Of a stretch of DNA of 64,000 nt, positions 26,943-37,530 are shown in pieces. The translations under genes and the position numbers were made by a program. The stretch comes from an uncultured Myxococcales bacterium. Lineage in GTDB: Bacteria; Myxococcota_A; Bradymonadia; UBA7976; UBA1532. Position 1 is the stretch's first letter, and each line of letters opens with the position of its first letter. Below the pieces are notes generated by a model that did no database searches, was not told the origin of the DNA, and was given only the letters and a program-made list of their open reading frames with translations. The stretch is taken from assembly GCA_903847385.1 (NCBI GenBank), contig CAINDO010000440.1, positions 6,129-70,128 on the forward strand, written 5' to 3'.

Positions 26943-27888
26943 CGGCCCGTACTCCAGGTCTTCACGGCGGCCACGCTGCCCGAGCGTCCGGCGCCGTTCC
27001 AGGCGCTCGACCGACTCGCGGCGGTCGAGCTCGGCGACGAGCTGCCCCCGGAGACCTACGCCGCGATCCAGGCCACGCTCTGGACGCACCCCTTCTCTCG
27101 CACGGCCCTCGAGGCCTGGCTGCTCGAGGTCGAGGGGGGAGCCCGTCGCCATGTTCGAAGCCTTCCGCGTGACCGCCCGTCGCCGCGTCTTGCCGGATGC
27201 GCCCGTCGAGCACCTGCAGGCGATGGTGCTCGGCAGCGGCTTCGTGCCCCGGGGCCTGCGCCGGGCCGGCCACGGGCGCACGCTGGCGGATGCCGTGTGC
27301 GACCACCACGTCGCCCAGGGCGCCGCGCTCGCCTACGGGCTCGTCGAGGCGTCGCTCAAGGTCTACAGCCACGCCGACCAGACGCGCCCCGTCGTCGAGC
27401 GGTGGTTCCCCGCCGCCCCGGACGCGGCCGCCGATTCGACGGCGGAGGGCCTGGAGCCCCTGTTCGACCTCGCGGGCTGGACGCCGCCGCCGCTGCTCGG
27501 GACGGTGGACGTGCTCCTCACGGCCGAGATGCTCGACTGGCGCCTGGAGCGGGTCGCGCTGGAGCGCCCGCAGGACCGCGCCCGCCCCATCGGCGCGCGC
27601 CTCGGGGCCGACTTCATCGTCTGGTCCACGGAGGCCGACGACGACGCCCTGGAGATCCTGCACCTGCGCGCCGACGACGCGCGGGTGCCCGCCCTGATCG
27701 CCGCCGCCTGCCGCGAGGCCGCCGCCCGCGGATTGAAGGCCGCAAAAATCTGGGAATCGACCAGGCTGGATACGTGTTTGCCCCCGGGCGCTCGCCGAAC
27801 GCTCGACGCGGTTTTCGCAGTGGGTCGCTACCTCCCCGGCATCGACGCCGAGGGGTGGCTGGACCTTCAGATCGGCCATATTTTCTAG
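26940..27888 (+). CDS. Hypothetical protein (possibly GNAT-like), first gene of the polyamine operon; interrupted by a +1 frameshift in a G6 run at 27134-27139
   Basis: Protein-like composition runs in frame A from 26940 to about 27139 (..EAWLLEVEGG), then continues in frame B (EPVAMFEAFRVTARR...IGHIF, stop at 27888). Frame A beyond the G-run is Arg-rich junk. If one G is removed the two parts join as ..LEVEGEPVAMFEAF.. Confidence 0.5.
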
Positions 27889-27923
27889 CGCGCACGGTTT
27901 CGTGCATTCCATTCGAGGACTCG

Positions 27924-28928
27924 ATGAACCATCTGGGTGTCCACTGGACGTCCGAGCTGTACGGGTGCGACCCGCAGCTCCTCGACGATGTCGCCCACAT
28001 CGGCAACCTGATGCTCGAAGCCGCCCGCGTGGCCGGCGCGACCATCGTCTCGAGCAGCTTCCACCGCTTCGCGCCCCAGGGCGTGTCCGGCGTGGTCGTC
28101 ATCGCCGAGTCGCACCTGGCCATCCACACCTGGCCCGAGCTGGGCTACGTGGCGCTGGACGTCTTCACCTGCGGGGACGTCCTCCAGGCCGAGGTCGGCT
28201 TCCGCTGGCTCGCCGAGCGGTTCCACGCCACGCGAGTGGAGTCGCAGCGCCAGGTGCGCGGTGATCCGCGCCGCATCGAGACCTTCCGCCACCATCACAC
28301 CTACACGCCGCTCCACCCGGAACTCTTCCGCTACGACGCCGACTTCGCCGCGCGATTCGTCTCGGTGAGCGAGGTCGAGGAGCTCGCCGAGCAGGTGTAC
28401 CTTTTCCAGCTCTTCACGCCGGAGTTCTGCCGGCTCCTCATCGAGGAGTGCGAGCACCACGCCGGGTGGGTCACCGTGCTCGAGCCGACGCCGGCGGCGC
28501 ACTCCGCCGTCGACGGCGTCGAGGACACCTACGAGCCGGACACCACGCTCACGTGGGAGGCCCTGCCCGGCCTCGAGGCCGTCTACAAAGAGGTCATCAA
28601 ACGCCACGTGCGGCCCATCGTCGAGCGCCTGTGGCCCACCTGGACGCTGCAGAAGTGGGACCCGCCGGCCACGCGCCGCTACGAGCCCAACGTGGTCGCC
28701 GGCATGGCCCTGCACAACGACGCCGAGGCCGTGGCGATGGTCGGTTACCTGAACGCGGAGTTCGCCGGCGGCGGCACCTACTTCCCACGGTGGGAGCTCA
28801 CCGTCGGACACGCGGAGATGGTGCGGGTCGGCAGCATGGTCGTCTTCCCCGGGGGTGTGTCGCACGAGCACGCCGCGCGGCCCGTCACGGCCGGGCGTCG
28901 ATACACGCTGGCCAACTCGTTCTATTGA
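27924..28928 (+). CDS. speH: Small-type (SpeH-like, pyruvoyl) S-adenosylmethionine decarboxylase fused to a C-terminal 2-oxoglutarate/Fe(II) oxygenase (P4H-like) domain
   Basis: N-terminal 125 aa: MNHLGVHWTSELYGCD...GATIVSSSFHRFAPQGVSGVVVIAESHLAIHTWPELGYVALDVFTCGD. This matches bacterial and archaeal class-1b AdoMetDC, including the ESH autocleavage site and HTWPE. The C-terminal domain has HxD (LHNDAE), GGGTYFPRW and a distal HEH..R-x-Y-T motif. Confidence 0.75.
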   Translation: MNHLGVHWTSELYGCDPQLLDDVAHIGNLMLEAARVAGATIVSSSFHRFAPQGVSGVVVIAESHLAIHTWPELGYVALDVFTCGDVLQAEVGFRWLAERFHATRVESQRQVRGDPRRIETFRHHHTYTPLHPELFRYDADFAARFVSVSEVEELAEQVYLFQLFTPEFCRLLIEECEHHAGWVTVLEPTPAAHSAVDGVEDTYEPDTTLTWEALPGLEAVYKEVIKRHVRPIVERLWPTWTLQKWDPPATRRYEPNVVAGMALHNDAEAVAMVGYLNAEFAGGGTYFPRWELTVGHAEMVRVGSMVVFPGGVSHEHAARPVTAGRRYTLANSFY

Positions 28929-28954
28929 GCCCGCCGGGCGCAGAGGAGTCTCCG

Positions 28955-30001
28955 ATGTCTTCGATCGACCTGACGCGCCCCGAGCGCCAGATCCTCGCTG
29001 CGCTCGCGCAGCACGGCCCGCTGCCCTGGGGCCGCCTCCTGGACGCCCAGGACGGCTGCATCGCCGAGTTCGTCGGCGCGCTGCAGGCGCTGCGGGACAA
29101 GGACCGCGTGACGGTCGGCCAGGGTGTCGTGACGCTGCGCCCCCAGGCCGGCGCCCCCACGCCGCCGACCGCACTCGACTGTCTGTGCAAGGCCTGCGAC
29201 GGTCGCGGCTACACCGTCGCGAGCGAGGACCCGGCGCTGCAACGGCTCGAGGAGGCCCTGCGCGGCCGCCCCGCCCCGAACTTCGCCTTCGACCAGGGCG
29301 CCATCTCCGCCGCCGACTCGTTGCTGCGCGCCGCCTCGATGCAGGATCGCGGCGATCTCGCCGGTCAGTCCGTGCTCTTCGTGGGCGACTTCGATCTGAC
29401 CAGCGTGGCCCTCGTGCTCACTCGCCAGCCCGAGCGGGTGGTGGTGCTGGACATCGATCCGCGGGTCACGGACTTCGTGAACACACTCGGCGCGCGCTCC
29501 GGCCTGCCCCTGAGCGGCCGCGGGTTCGACGTGCGTCAAGCGTTGCCGGACGACCTGCGGCGCCAGTTCGACGCCTTCGTCTGCGACCCCGTGGAGACCG
29601 TGCCGGGCATTCGTCTGTATCTGTCGCGCGGGGCCGCCGCGCTGCGCGGTGAAGGCAGCGCCGTGTGGCTGGGCCTGACGACCATCGAGGCCTCGCGCCG
29701 CAAGTGGCACGCCGTGCAGTCGATGCTGATCGAGATGGGCTTCGCGATCACGGACGTCCGCCGCAAGTTCAGTGGTTACCCCGATCACGACGAGGTCCTC
29801 GACGAGCCGGGGCTGGCCTGGCCCGTGCTCTCGGAGCTCGGCCCCGAGGGCGCCGCCCACCGCTGGTACACCGCCGCGTGGCTCCGCGCCGAGGCCGTGC
29901 GCCTGCCCGAGCCCCTGGTGGACGGCGACGTCGAGATGGGCGAGGAGCTCTACATCGACGACGAGGCCTGGGCCACCCCGCGGGCGGTGGAGAAGGCGTG
30001 A
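28955..30001 (+). CDS. DUF43/BpsA-like aminopropyltransferase (branched-chain polyamine synthase family): N-terminal winged helix plus Rossmann-like domain
   Basis: PERQILAALAQHGPLPWGRLL (wHTH). SVLFVGDFDLTSVALVL and VVVLDIDPRV are Rossmann-type motifs matching DUF43 as I recall it. AGAGGAG ribosome-binding site. The gene sits next to the AdoMetDC and SpeE genes. Confidence 0.5.
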   Translation: MSSIDLTRPERQILAALAQHGPLPWGRLLDAQDGCIAEFVGALQALRDKDRVTVGQGVVTLRPQAGAPTPPTALDCLCKACDGRGYTVASEDPALQRLEEALRGRPAPNFAFDQGAISAADSLLRAASMQDRGDLAGQSVLFVGDFDLTSVALVLTRQPERVVVLDIDPRVTDFVNTLGARSGLPLSGRGFDVRQALPDDLRRQFDAFVCDPVETVPGIRLYLSRGAAALRGEGSAVWLGLTTIEASRRKWHAVQSMLIEMGFAITDVRRKFSGYPDHDEVLDEPGLAWPVLSELGPEGAAHRWYTAAWLRAEAVRLPEPLVDGDVEMGEELYIDDEAWATPRAVEKA

Positions 30002-31284
30002 CGCAGCGGCTGGCGCGACTGCTCGGGCTGCGACCCGAAGAGTTCGGGCGCGCGTCCGCGCTCTTCGCGCTGTCGTTCGTGCTGGGTCTGTCGCTCGTGT
30101 CGCTCGAGTTGGCGTCGTCGACGGGCCTGCTGGTCACGCTGGAGGGCGCGCAGCTCGCCTGGTCGCACGTCGCGGTCGCCGCCGCCCTGCCCCTCGCCGG
30201 CCTGGCCCTGGCGTGGCTTCGGCCCCGGGTGTCCGTGGCGAGCTACGTGACGCTGCCGCTCGCCGCGTTCTCCCTCGTGGTGTTCGCCGCGGGCTGGTCC
30301 GCCGGCGACGGGACGCCCGGCGCCCTCACCGTGCTCGGTCTGTGGGCGGGCGCGAAGGCGCTCTCGGCGACCGCCATCGTCGGGTTCTGGACGCTGGCCG
30401 CGCGCACCTTCGACGTCGAACAGAGCCGCCGTGTGTACGGTCTGATCGGCGCGGGCGAGCTGATCGCCGGCGTCCTGGGCGGCGTCGGCGCGGGCGCGCT
30501 GCAGGCCGCGCTGCCGCGCACGGACCTCATCGCACTGACGGTCGCCGGCGTGCTCGGGGGTGTGTTGCTGACGCTGCCCCTGGCCCGGAATCTGGTGCCC
30601 GAAGCCCCGGCTGCGCCCGCGGACGCGGGGGCCAGCGCGCTGGTGCGCGCCCATCAACGGCGCTGCATCGCCTACTTCGGCGCCAGCAACTTCACCTACG
30701 ACATCCTCGAGTTCCTGGTGCTGGTGTCCATTCAGCGCGCCTACCCGGGGCAGCCGGAGGCCATGGCCGGTCTCCTCGGCGGTCTGTTCGCCGCGCGGCT
30801 CACGCTGAGCGCGCTGATCCGTGTGTTCGTGACCGGCCACGTGCTGGGACGCCGCGGCCTCGGCCCGGCGCTCGCCGGTCCGCCCGCCACCGTGAGCGGT
30901 CTGGCCCTGGCCGCCGTGGCGCTGCACCCCATGGCCGTGTCGCTGCTGGTGGCCACCGTGGCGCTGCAGATGGCCGAGGGGATCGTGCGCAACGGCTTCG
31001 GCAAGCCGGCCTTCATGGCGGCGCAGCGTCCCCTGCCCACGCCGACCCGCGACCAGACGCTCCTGCTCATCGAGACGGCCGTGGAGCCCGCGACCACAGG
31101 GCTCGCCGGACTGGCGCTGCTGCTCTTGCCCGTGCAGGCCCTCGCCGGCACGGCGCTGCTGCTGCTGCCCGTGCCGGGCGCCGCCGTGTGGCTGTTCTTC
31201 GCCCGGAACCTGAATCGATCGTACCGCGCGCTCGCCCCGAGCGCCGCGGCCATCCCGACCACACCGACCCCCACCCCGACCTGA
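29998..31284 (+). CDS. Polytopic membrane transporter (MFS-like), putative polyamine exporter
   Basis: About 11-12 hydrophobic helices. The GTG start overlaps the upstream TGA as GTGA. Confidence 0.55.
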   Translation: MTQRLARLLGLRPEEFGRASALFALSFVLGLSLVSLELASSTGLLVTLEGAQLAWSHVAVAAALPLAGLALAWLRPRVSVASYVTLPLAAFSLVVFAAGWSAGDGTPGALTVLGLWAGAKALSATAIVGFWTLAARTFDVEQSRRVYGLIGAGELIAGVLGGVGAGALQAALPRTDLIALTVAGVLGGVLLTLPLARNLVPEAPAAPADAGASALVRAHQRRCIAYFGASNFTYDILEFLVLVSIQRAYPGQPEAMAGLLGGLFAARLTLSALIRVFVTGHVLGRRGLGPALAGPPATVSGLALAAVALHPMAVSLLVATVALQMAEGIVRNGFGKPAFMAAQRPLPTPTRDQTLLLIETAVEPATTGLAGLALLLLPVQALAGTALLLLPVPGAAVWLFFARNLNRSYRALAPSAAAIPTTPTPTPT

Positions 31285-31292
31285 GAGCGCTG

Positions 31293-31919
31293 ATGGCACC
31301 GACCCGTTTGCACCCCGAGATCTACACCTACGACCCCCGCTTCATCGGCGCCGCGCTGCGCGACGGCGTGGAGAACGTGGTCACCGAGGACGTCGAACAG
31401 ATCTATCGCTTCGAGCTGTTCACGCCGGAGTTCTGTCGACTGCTGCTCGAGGAGGCCGAACACAACGGCCAGTGGAAGACGGGGCAGGACACCGACGCCA
31501 ACCCCTTCGCCGACGACGTGGACGAGGTCTCCGAGCCCGACACCACGCTGCATCTGCACAAGATGCCCGGCATGGAGGAGGTCTACGCGGAGATCATCCG
31601 GCGCCACCTGAAGCCGCTCGTCGAGCACCTGTGGCCGGTGTTCAAGGTGCAGAAGTGGGACCCGCCGTTCCTGCTGCGCTACGAGCCCCATGTCATCAAG
31701 AGCATGGCCGCGCACTACGACCTGGAGACGTGTTCGATCGTCTGTTACCTGAACACGGAGTTCGAGGGCGGCGGCACGTACTTCCCGCGGTGGGATTACA
31801 CCCCCGGCAAGGCGCAGCCCGGCACGGCCGTGGTCTATCCGGGCGGCCTGTCGCACGTGCACGAGGCCCGCGCCATCACCGCCGGGCGCCGCTACGTGCT
31901 CTGTTCCTGCTTCTTCTGA
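31293..31919 (+). CDS. Stand-alone 2-oxoglutarate/Fe(II) oxygenase (P4H-like), paralogous to the C-terminal domain of 27924..28928
   Basis: YRFELFTPEFCRLLLEEAEHNGQW aligns with YLFQLFTPEFCRLLIEECEHHAGW. HxD (AHYDLE). GGGTYFPRW. HVHEARAITAGRRY. Confidence 0.7.
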   Translation: MAPTRLHPEIYTYDPRFIGAALRDGVENVVTEDVEQIYRFELFTPEFCRLLLEEAEHNGQWKTGQDTDANPFADDVDEVSEPDTTLHLHKMPGMEEVYAEIIRRHLKPLVEHLWPVFKVQKWDPPFLLRYEPHVIKSMAAHYDLETCSIVCYLNTEFEGGGTYFPRWDYTPGKAQPGTAVVYPGGLSHVHEARAITAGRRYVLCSCFF

Positions 31920-31957
31920 GACCACCGAACACCGAACCCCGACCGGAAGAGACGCCC

Positions 31958-33504
31958 ATGAGTCAGTCGAACGAAGCCCAGTCCGCGGGCCCCCCCGACG
32001 TCCTGCGCTCGGTGCATTACACCACCGGCGGCGAGTACGAGATCGCCGTGCGGCGCCGCGTGGTCGCGCGCACGTCGCGCTTCCAGAACATCGTCGTCGT
32101 CGACACCGACGCCTACGGCCGCTGCCTGGTGATCGATGGCGTGATGCAGACCGCCAGCACCGACCACCATCTGTATGACGAGGCCATCCTCGCGCCGATG
32201 CGGCCGACGGATCGCGAGGTGCTCGTGGTCGGCGGCGGCGACGGCTACGTGTCGCGCACCGCGTTCGCGCGCAATCCCGCGTTGCGCCTCGTGATGGTCG
32301 ACATCGACCCGGAGGTCGTGGCGGTCGCCGAGGCCCACCTGAACCCTGGGTTCTCACACGATCCGCGGCTGAAGCTGCACATCGGCGACGGCGTCGCGTT
32401 CGCGCGGTCCCTGGAGCCGAAGTCCTTCGACGGCGTGGTGCTCGATCTGACGGACATCCCGCTCGATCCGGCGCGCTCCGTCGACATCGTGCGGCTGTAC
32501 GAGGACATGCTGACCGCCGTGCTGCCGCTGCTGCGCGCGGGTGGCTGGCTCTCCATGCAGGGCGGGCCCTCCGAGGTCCAGCCCGGCGTGCCGGACGTGG
32601 CCTCGCGCATCGCCGAGATGCTCGACGGCCGGCTGGACGCCCTGGAGCGGCTGGATGTGTTCATCCCCAGCTATGCGGAGAAGAACGCGTTCTTTCACGG
32701 CCACGTGCGGCCCGAGGTCACCTGGCACGACTGCACGTTCGGCATCGGCCTTTCCACCACGTTGACGATGCGGCCGGTCTTCGCGACGGGCGCGGTCGAG
32801 GTCTACGAGCACGACCGCCTGGGGCGGGCGCTCGTGGTCGATGGCACGCTGCAGGACATCGACCAGGACCCGGTGTGGCGCGAGATGCTGGCGCACGTGC
32901 CGCTGTTGGGCGCGGCCACGCCGCCGCGGCGGGTGCTCGTCGTCGGCGGCGGCGATGGGCTTCTGCTGCGGGAGATCCTGCGGCACGACTTCGTCGAGCG
33001 TGCGGTGGTCTGGGATGACACGGCCGGGCTCGGCGAGGCCGGCGGCCGGTTCCTGGGCACGGGCGCGGCCCTGGCCGATCCGCGGACGCAGGTGGTCGCG
33101 GACGCCGGGGCCGTCGACGGCCCGTTCGACCTGATCTTCAACGCCCGCGCCGATCTGCGGCGCCCCGGAGACGCCAAGGCGGTCGGCGCGCGCCTGGGCG
33201 CGTGGCTCGCCCCCGCCGGCGCCGTGGTGGACGCGGACGCCGTGGTGATGTATCGCAGCGGCGTGCGCTGGTACCGCGACCTCGCCGACGCCGGGCCGGC
33301 CCTGCCCGCCACGCTCGCGCTGCCCGAGCAGGCCCGCTGGTTCGGCCACGGCGCCGTCGTGCCCGGCGGCTACTACGGCTTCACCCTGCGCGCCGCGCAG
33401 CCCCACGACTGGTCCCGCGCCCGCGCCGACTTCGAGGCGCGCCACTACAACACCGCGCTGCACCGGGCCGCCTTCGCCCTGCCGCGCGTGATCCGGGAGT
33501 TGCC

Positions 33505-33508
<4 letters not shown>
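31958..33508 (+). CDS. Tandem spermidine-synthase-like (aminopropyltransferase) protein with two SpeE-like halves, the second degenerate
   Basis: First half: SRFQNIVVVDTDAYGRCLVIDGVMQTASTDHHLYDEA..VLVVGGGDGY..VDIDPEVV. Second half: VEVYEHDRLGRALVVDGTLQDIDQD..VLVVGGGDGLLLREILRH. Confidence 0.65.
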
Positions 33509-34379
<871 letters not shown>

Positions 34380-34383
<4 letters not shown>

Positions 34384-35306
34384 CCCCCGCGGGGACCAGC
34401 GCGCTGACCGTGGACCCCGAGGACGTCGCCCCCCGCGAGCGGGCCCGCGTCGAGGAGATCCTGCGCACGGTCACCCTCGCCGAGGTCCGCGACCCCGACG
34501 CGCCGGTGTTCCACGAGGTCTTCGACCTGCTCGACGCGTTCTTCGGGCCGAGCGGGGAGATGGAGTCGCGCGAGGCGCTCGCCGACTTCGTGCGGGCGCG
34601 GCGCCTGGACTACGCGCCCGGGCTGTCGGGCACGTACCATCTGGTCGGCGCGTGGCATGCGGGCGCGCTGGTGGCCGCGCGCGACTGCTACGTGGACGTC
34701 GACGCCGCGACCGGGGTGTGTGTCGTGGCCCTGGCCCATGTGTTCGTGGCGCCGGCGTGGCGCCGCACCGGGCTGGCGAGCGCCCTGCGTGCGCTGCCCT
34801 CGACGCTGGCGCGCGCGGTGGTCACGGAGCGGTTCGGCGCGCCGCTGCCCACGCTCGTCGTGGCCGAGATGGAGCCGGCGGACGCGACCGACCCGGACAC
34901 GCTGCTGCGCCTGTGCGCTTACGGGCGCAGCGGTTTCGCCGTCCTCGACCCCCGGCGGCTGCCGTACTCGCAGCCCGAGTTCCGCGACCTGCCGGACGCG
35001 CACCACACGGGCATCCCGCTGCTGATGCTGCTGCGCGCGACGCCGGCCTTCGCCGACGGCGTGCCCGTCTCGATGGCCGAGTCGCTGCCGCGGCTGTTCT
35101 ATGCCGCGCACCGGTTGCACACGCCCGCGGCGCGGGTCGACCCGTCCGAGGCGCACGTGCTCGGCGTGCTGCGGCAAAGCGACGCCCCCGTGTCCCTGCT
35201 GCCGCTGCCGGAGTCGCTCGACGCCCCGGAGCGGCTCACGCCCCTTCGACGCGAGGTCGTGCTGCCCCTGTATCCGCCGGGGCTCCGCGGCCCCGAACAC
35301 GCCTGA
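34380..35306 (+). CDS. GNAT-family N-acetyltransferase, putative polyamine acetyltransferase
   Basis: A GNAT motif-A-like VFVAPAWRRTGLASALRA. The GTG start overlaps the speE stop as GTGA. Confidence 0.5.
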
Positions 35307-35384
35307 GGACGGGCCACCGTTTCTTTCGGCGCGGGATTGTGGTACCCGGGCGCGGTCCCACCCACCTGCCCATCTGGAGGTCCC

Positions 35385-36284
35385 ATGAAGACGACCCTTC
35401 GCGCCCTGGCGCTCGCGCCCCTCGCCCTCTTCGCCTGCAACAAGGCCCCCGAGACCGCCGCCCCCGTGGCGCCGGCCACCGCCCCGGCCGCCGCGTCCAA
35501 GGCCGCCGCGGTGACCGCCGCGGCCATCGCCGGCGAGAGCCCGCACGCGGGGACCATCCCCGGCGAGAACCCGCACGCGGCGCCCGCCGCCGCTGGCGCC
35601 GGCAGCGTGAGTGGCAAGGTCGCCGAGCGCATGAACGCCGGCGGCTACACCTACCTGCGCCTGACCACGGCCCAGGGGGACGTCTGGGCCGCCGTGCCCG
35701 AGACCACCACGGCCGTCGGGGCGGACGTGGTCATCGAGAAGCCGATGCCCATGAACGGCTTCGAGAGCAAGACGCTCGGCCGCAAGTTCGACCAGCTCTA
35801 CTTCGGCACGCTCGGCGGCGCCGGCGGTGGCGCGGCCCCCGTCGCGGCGCAGGGCGCGAGCGGCAGCCAGCCCACCACGGGCGCGGGCTCGCAGCCCATG
35901 GCCCTCGACCCCAACATGCCCCATGGCCCGACGGCCACCGTGCCCGCGGCCATGGGACCCATCAGCGTGGCCAAGGCGACGGGGCCCGACGCCCGCACCG
36001 TGTCCGAGGTCTTCGCCCAGAAGGCCGCGCTCAAGGACAAGCCCGTCACCGTGCGCGGCAAGGTCGTGAAGTTCTCCGGCGGCGTGATGGGCAAGAACTG
36101 GGTGCACCTCCGCGACGGCTCCGGTGGGGACGCCACGAAGGACAACGACCTGACCTTCACCACGCAGAGTGTCGTCGCCGTCGGCGACGAGGTCACCGCC
36201 AAGGGGGTCGTCCACACGGACAAGGACTTCGGCGCCGGCTACTTCTACGCCGTGATCGTCGAAGAGGCGACCGTCACCAAGTGA
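35385..36284 (+). CDS. Secreted lipoprotein with an Ala/Pro-rich linker
   Basis: MKTTLRALALAPLALFACN carries a lipobox. GGAGG ribosome-binding site. Confidence 0.6.
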   Translation: MKTTLRALALAPLALFACNKAPETAAPVAPATAPAAASKAAAVTAAAIAGESPHAGTIPGENPHAAPAAAGAGSVSGKVAERMNAGGYTYLRLTTAQGDVWAAVPETTTAVGADVVIEKPMPMNGFESKTLGRKFDQLYFGTLGGAGGGAAPVAAQGASGSQPTTGAGSQPMALDPNMPHGPTATVPAAMGPISVAKATGPDARTVSEVFAQKAALKDKPVTVRGKVVKFSGGVMGKNWVHLRDGSGGDATKDNDLTFTTQSVVAVGDEVTAKGVVHTDKDFGAGYFYAVIVEEATVTK

Positions 36285-36300
36285 CGCCCGCCGGGACCTG

Positions 36301-37368
36301 TCAGAAGCAGGTCTCGGAGTCGCTGTCGCAGCTCCCGGAGCAGCAGTCGGAGTCGAAGCTGCAGCTGTCGCCGGAGGCGGTGCAATCACCGCCGCCGCCG
36401 CTGCCGCCCGCGCCGCCACCGCTGCTGCCGCCCGCACCACCGCCGGTGTTGCCGCCGCCGGTGTTCCCGCCGCCGCTCTGGCACAGGCCCCACTGCGTCG
36501 GCACGCAGTAGTTGCCCGAGTTGCTGCCGTTGGTCGACTGGATCGCCTGACACTGCCAGGCGCCGTCGTTCGTGCAGTTGCTGCCGACGCTGACGCCCTG
36601 GAGCTCCGAGCAGGCGATGATGCAGATGCACTCGCCGTTGCTGAAGTTGATGAAGTCGCCGCGCGTGCAGTTCGTGGGCGCCGCGCCGTTGCAGGCCGCG
36701 CCGATCTGGCTCGGATCGTCGCTGACCACCGGGGTGCTGCCGAGGCTGAAGTCGCCCACGCAGCTCGAACCGCCGCCGGTGTTGCCGCCGCCGCTGCCGC
36801 CGGCGCCGTTGCCCGAGCCGCTGCCGTTGCCGCTGCCGCTGCCATTGCCGCTGCCACTGCCGTTGCCGCTGCCGCTGCCGCTGCCGTTGCCGCTGCCGTT
36901 GTTGGCCGCGGCGTCGGCGACGCAGGAGCCGGCGTACTGGGTCGACCCGCTCGCGCCGGCGTCGGGGCCGTTGCCGGCGTTGCCGTTGCCGGAGCCGTTG
37001 CCGGAGCCGTTGCCGGAGCCGGTGCCGGCCCCGGGGTCGCCGCCGAAGCCGCCGGAGATGTCACCGCCGGCGCCGCCCGAGGGGTCGCCGCCGCCACCAC
37101 CGCCGCCGCCGCACTGGGCCGCGCACAGGTTCGCGCAGTCGTCGAAGCCCATGGCCTCGCACTGCGCCTCGCACCCGGCCTGGCAGGCCTCGTTCTGGGC
37201 GCCCTGCGCCTGACCGGTGCTGCAGTGGTAGCCGTTGTTGCAATCCGAATCCGAATTGCAGCCCTGGGCCGCGCCGCCGTCGTCGTCACTGGAGCAGGCG
37301 GGGGCGGCGAACAGGGACAGGAGGGCGACGGCCCCCCAACGCAGCGTGGTCTTCTTGGAAGCCTTCAT
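36301..37368 (-). CDS. Low-complexity Gly/Ser/Asn-rich Cys-containing lipoprotein
   Basis: Lipobox LLSLFAAPAC, (GSGN)n arrays, terminal Cys clusters. AGGAGA ribosome-binding site. Confidence 0.6.
   Translation of the reverse strand: MKASKKTTLRWGAVALLSLFAAPACSSDDDGGAAQGCNSDSDCNNGYHCSTGQAQGAQNEACQAGCEAQCEAMGFDDCANLCAAQCGGGGGGGGDPSGGAGGDISGGFGGDPGAGTGSGNGSGNGSGNGNAGNGPDAGASGSTQYAGSCVADAAANNGSGNGSGSGSGNGSGSGNGSGSGNGSGSGNGAGGSGGGNTGGGSSCVGDFSLGSTPVVSDDPSQIGAACNGAAPTNCTRGDFINFSNGECICIIACSELQGVSVGSNCTNDGAWQCQAIQSTNGSNSGNYCVPTQWGLCQSGGGNTGGGNTGGGAGGSSGGGAGGSGGGGDCTASGDSCSFDSDCCSGSCDSDSETCF
36790..37030. repeat. Tandem hexanucleotide-class repeats (GCCGCTGCCGTT-type) that encode the (GSGN)n arrays
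   Basis: Two blocks (about 36790-36905 and about 36965-37030) of near-perfect 6/12-nt periodic repeats. Confidence 0.6.
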
Positions 37369-37530
37369 CGGGTATCTCCTGATTGAACTACGGTGAATTC
37401 CGGCGCGCGAACGGCTACCAGTTTTGCAGGACCCCGGCAAATCGGATTTGTCCCCGGCCAAGGCCGTCGATGGAGGGGCCCGCGGCGAAGACTCGACACC
37501 GCGCGCGGCCGGTGGTCTTCTCTGTGCCGC

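Noticed and set aside
36790-37030. Possible CRISPR array, suggested by the periodic short repeats
   Set aside because: The period is 6-12 nt with no spacers and it lies inside a coding sequence that encodes Gly-Ser-Asn repeats. It is not a repeat-spacer architecture.
36572-37213. 213-aa plus-strand ORF rich in PLPLPLP repeats, antisense to the GS-rich lipoprotein
   Set aside because: It is the mirror translation of the (GSGN)n repeat DNA. The minus strand has a lipobox and a ribosome-binding site.
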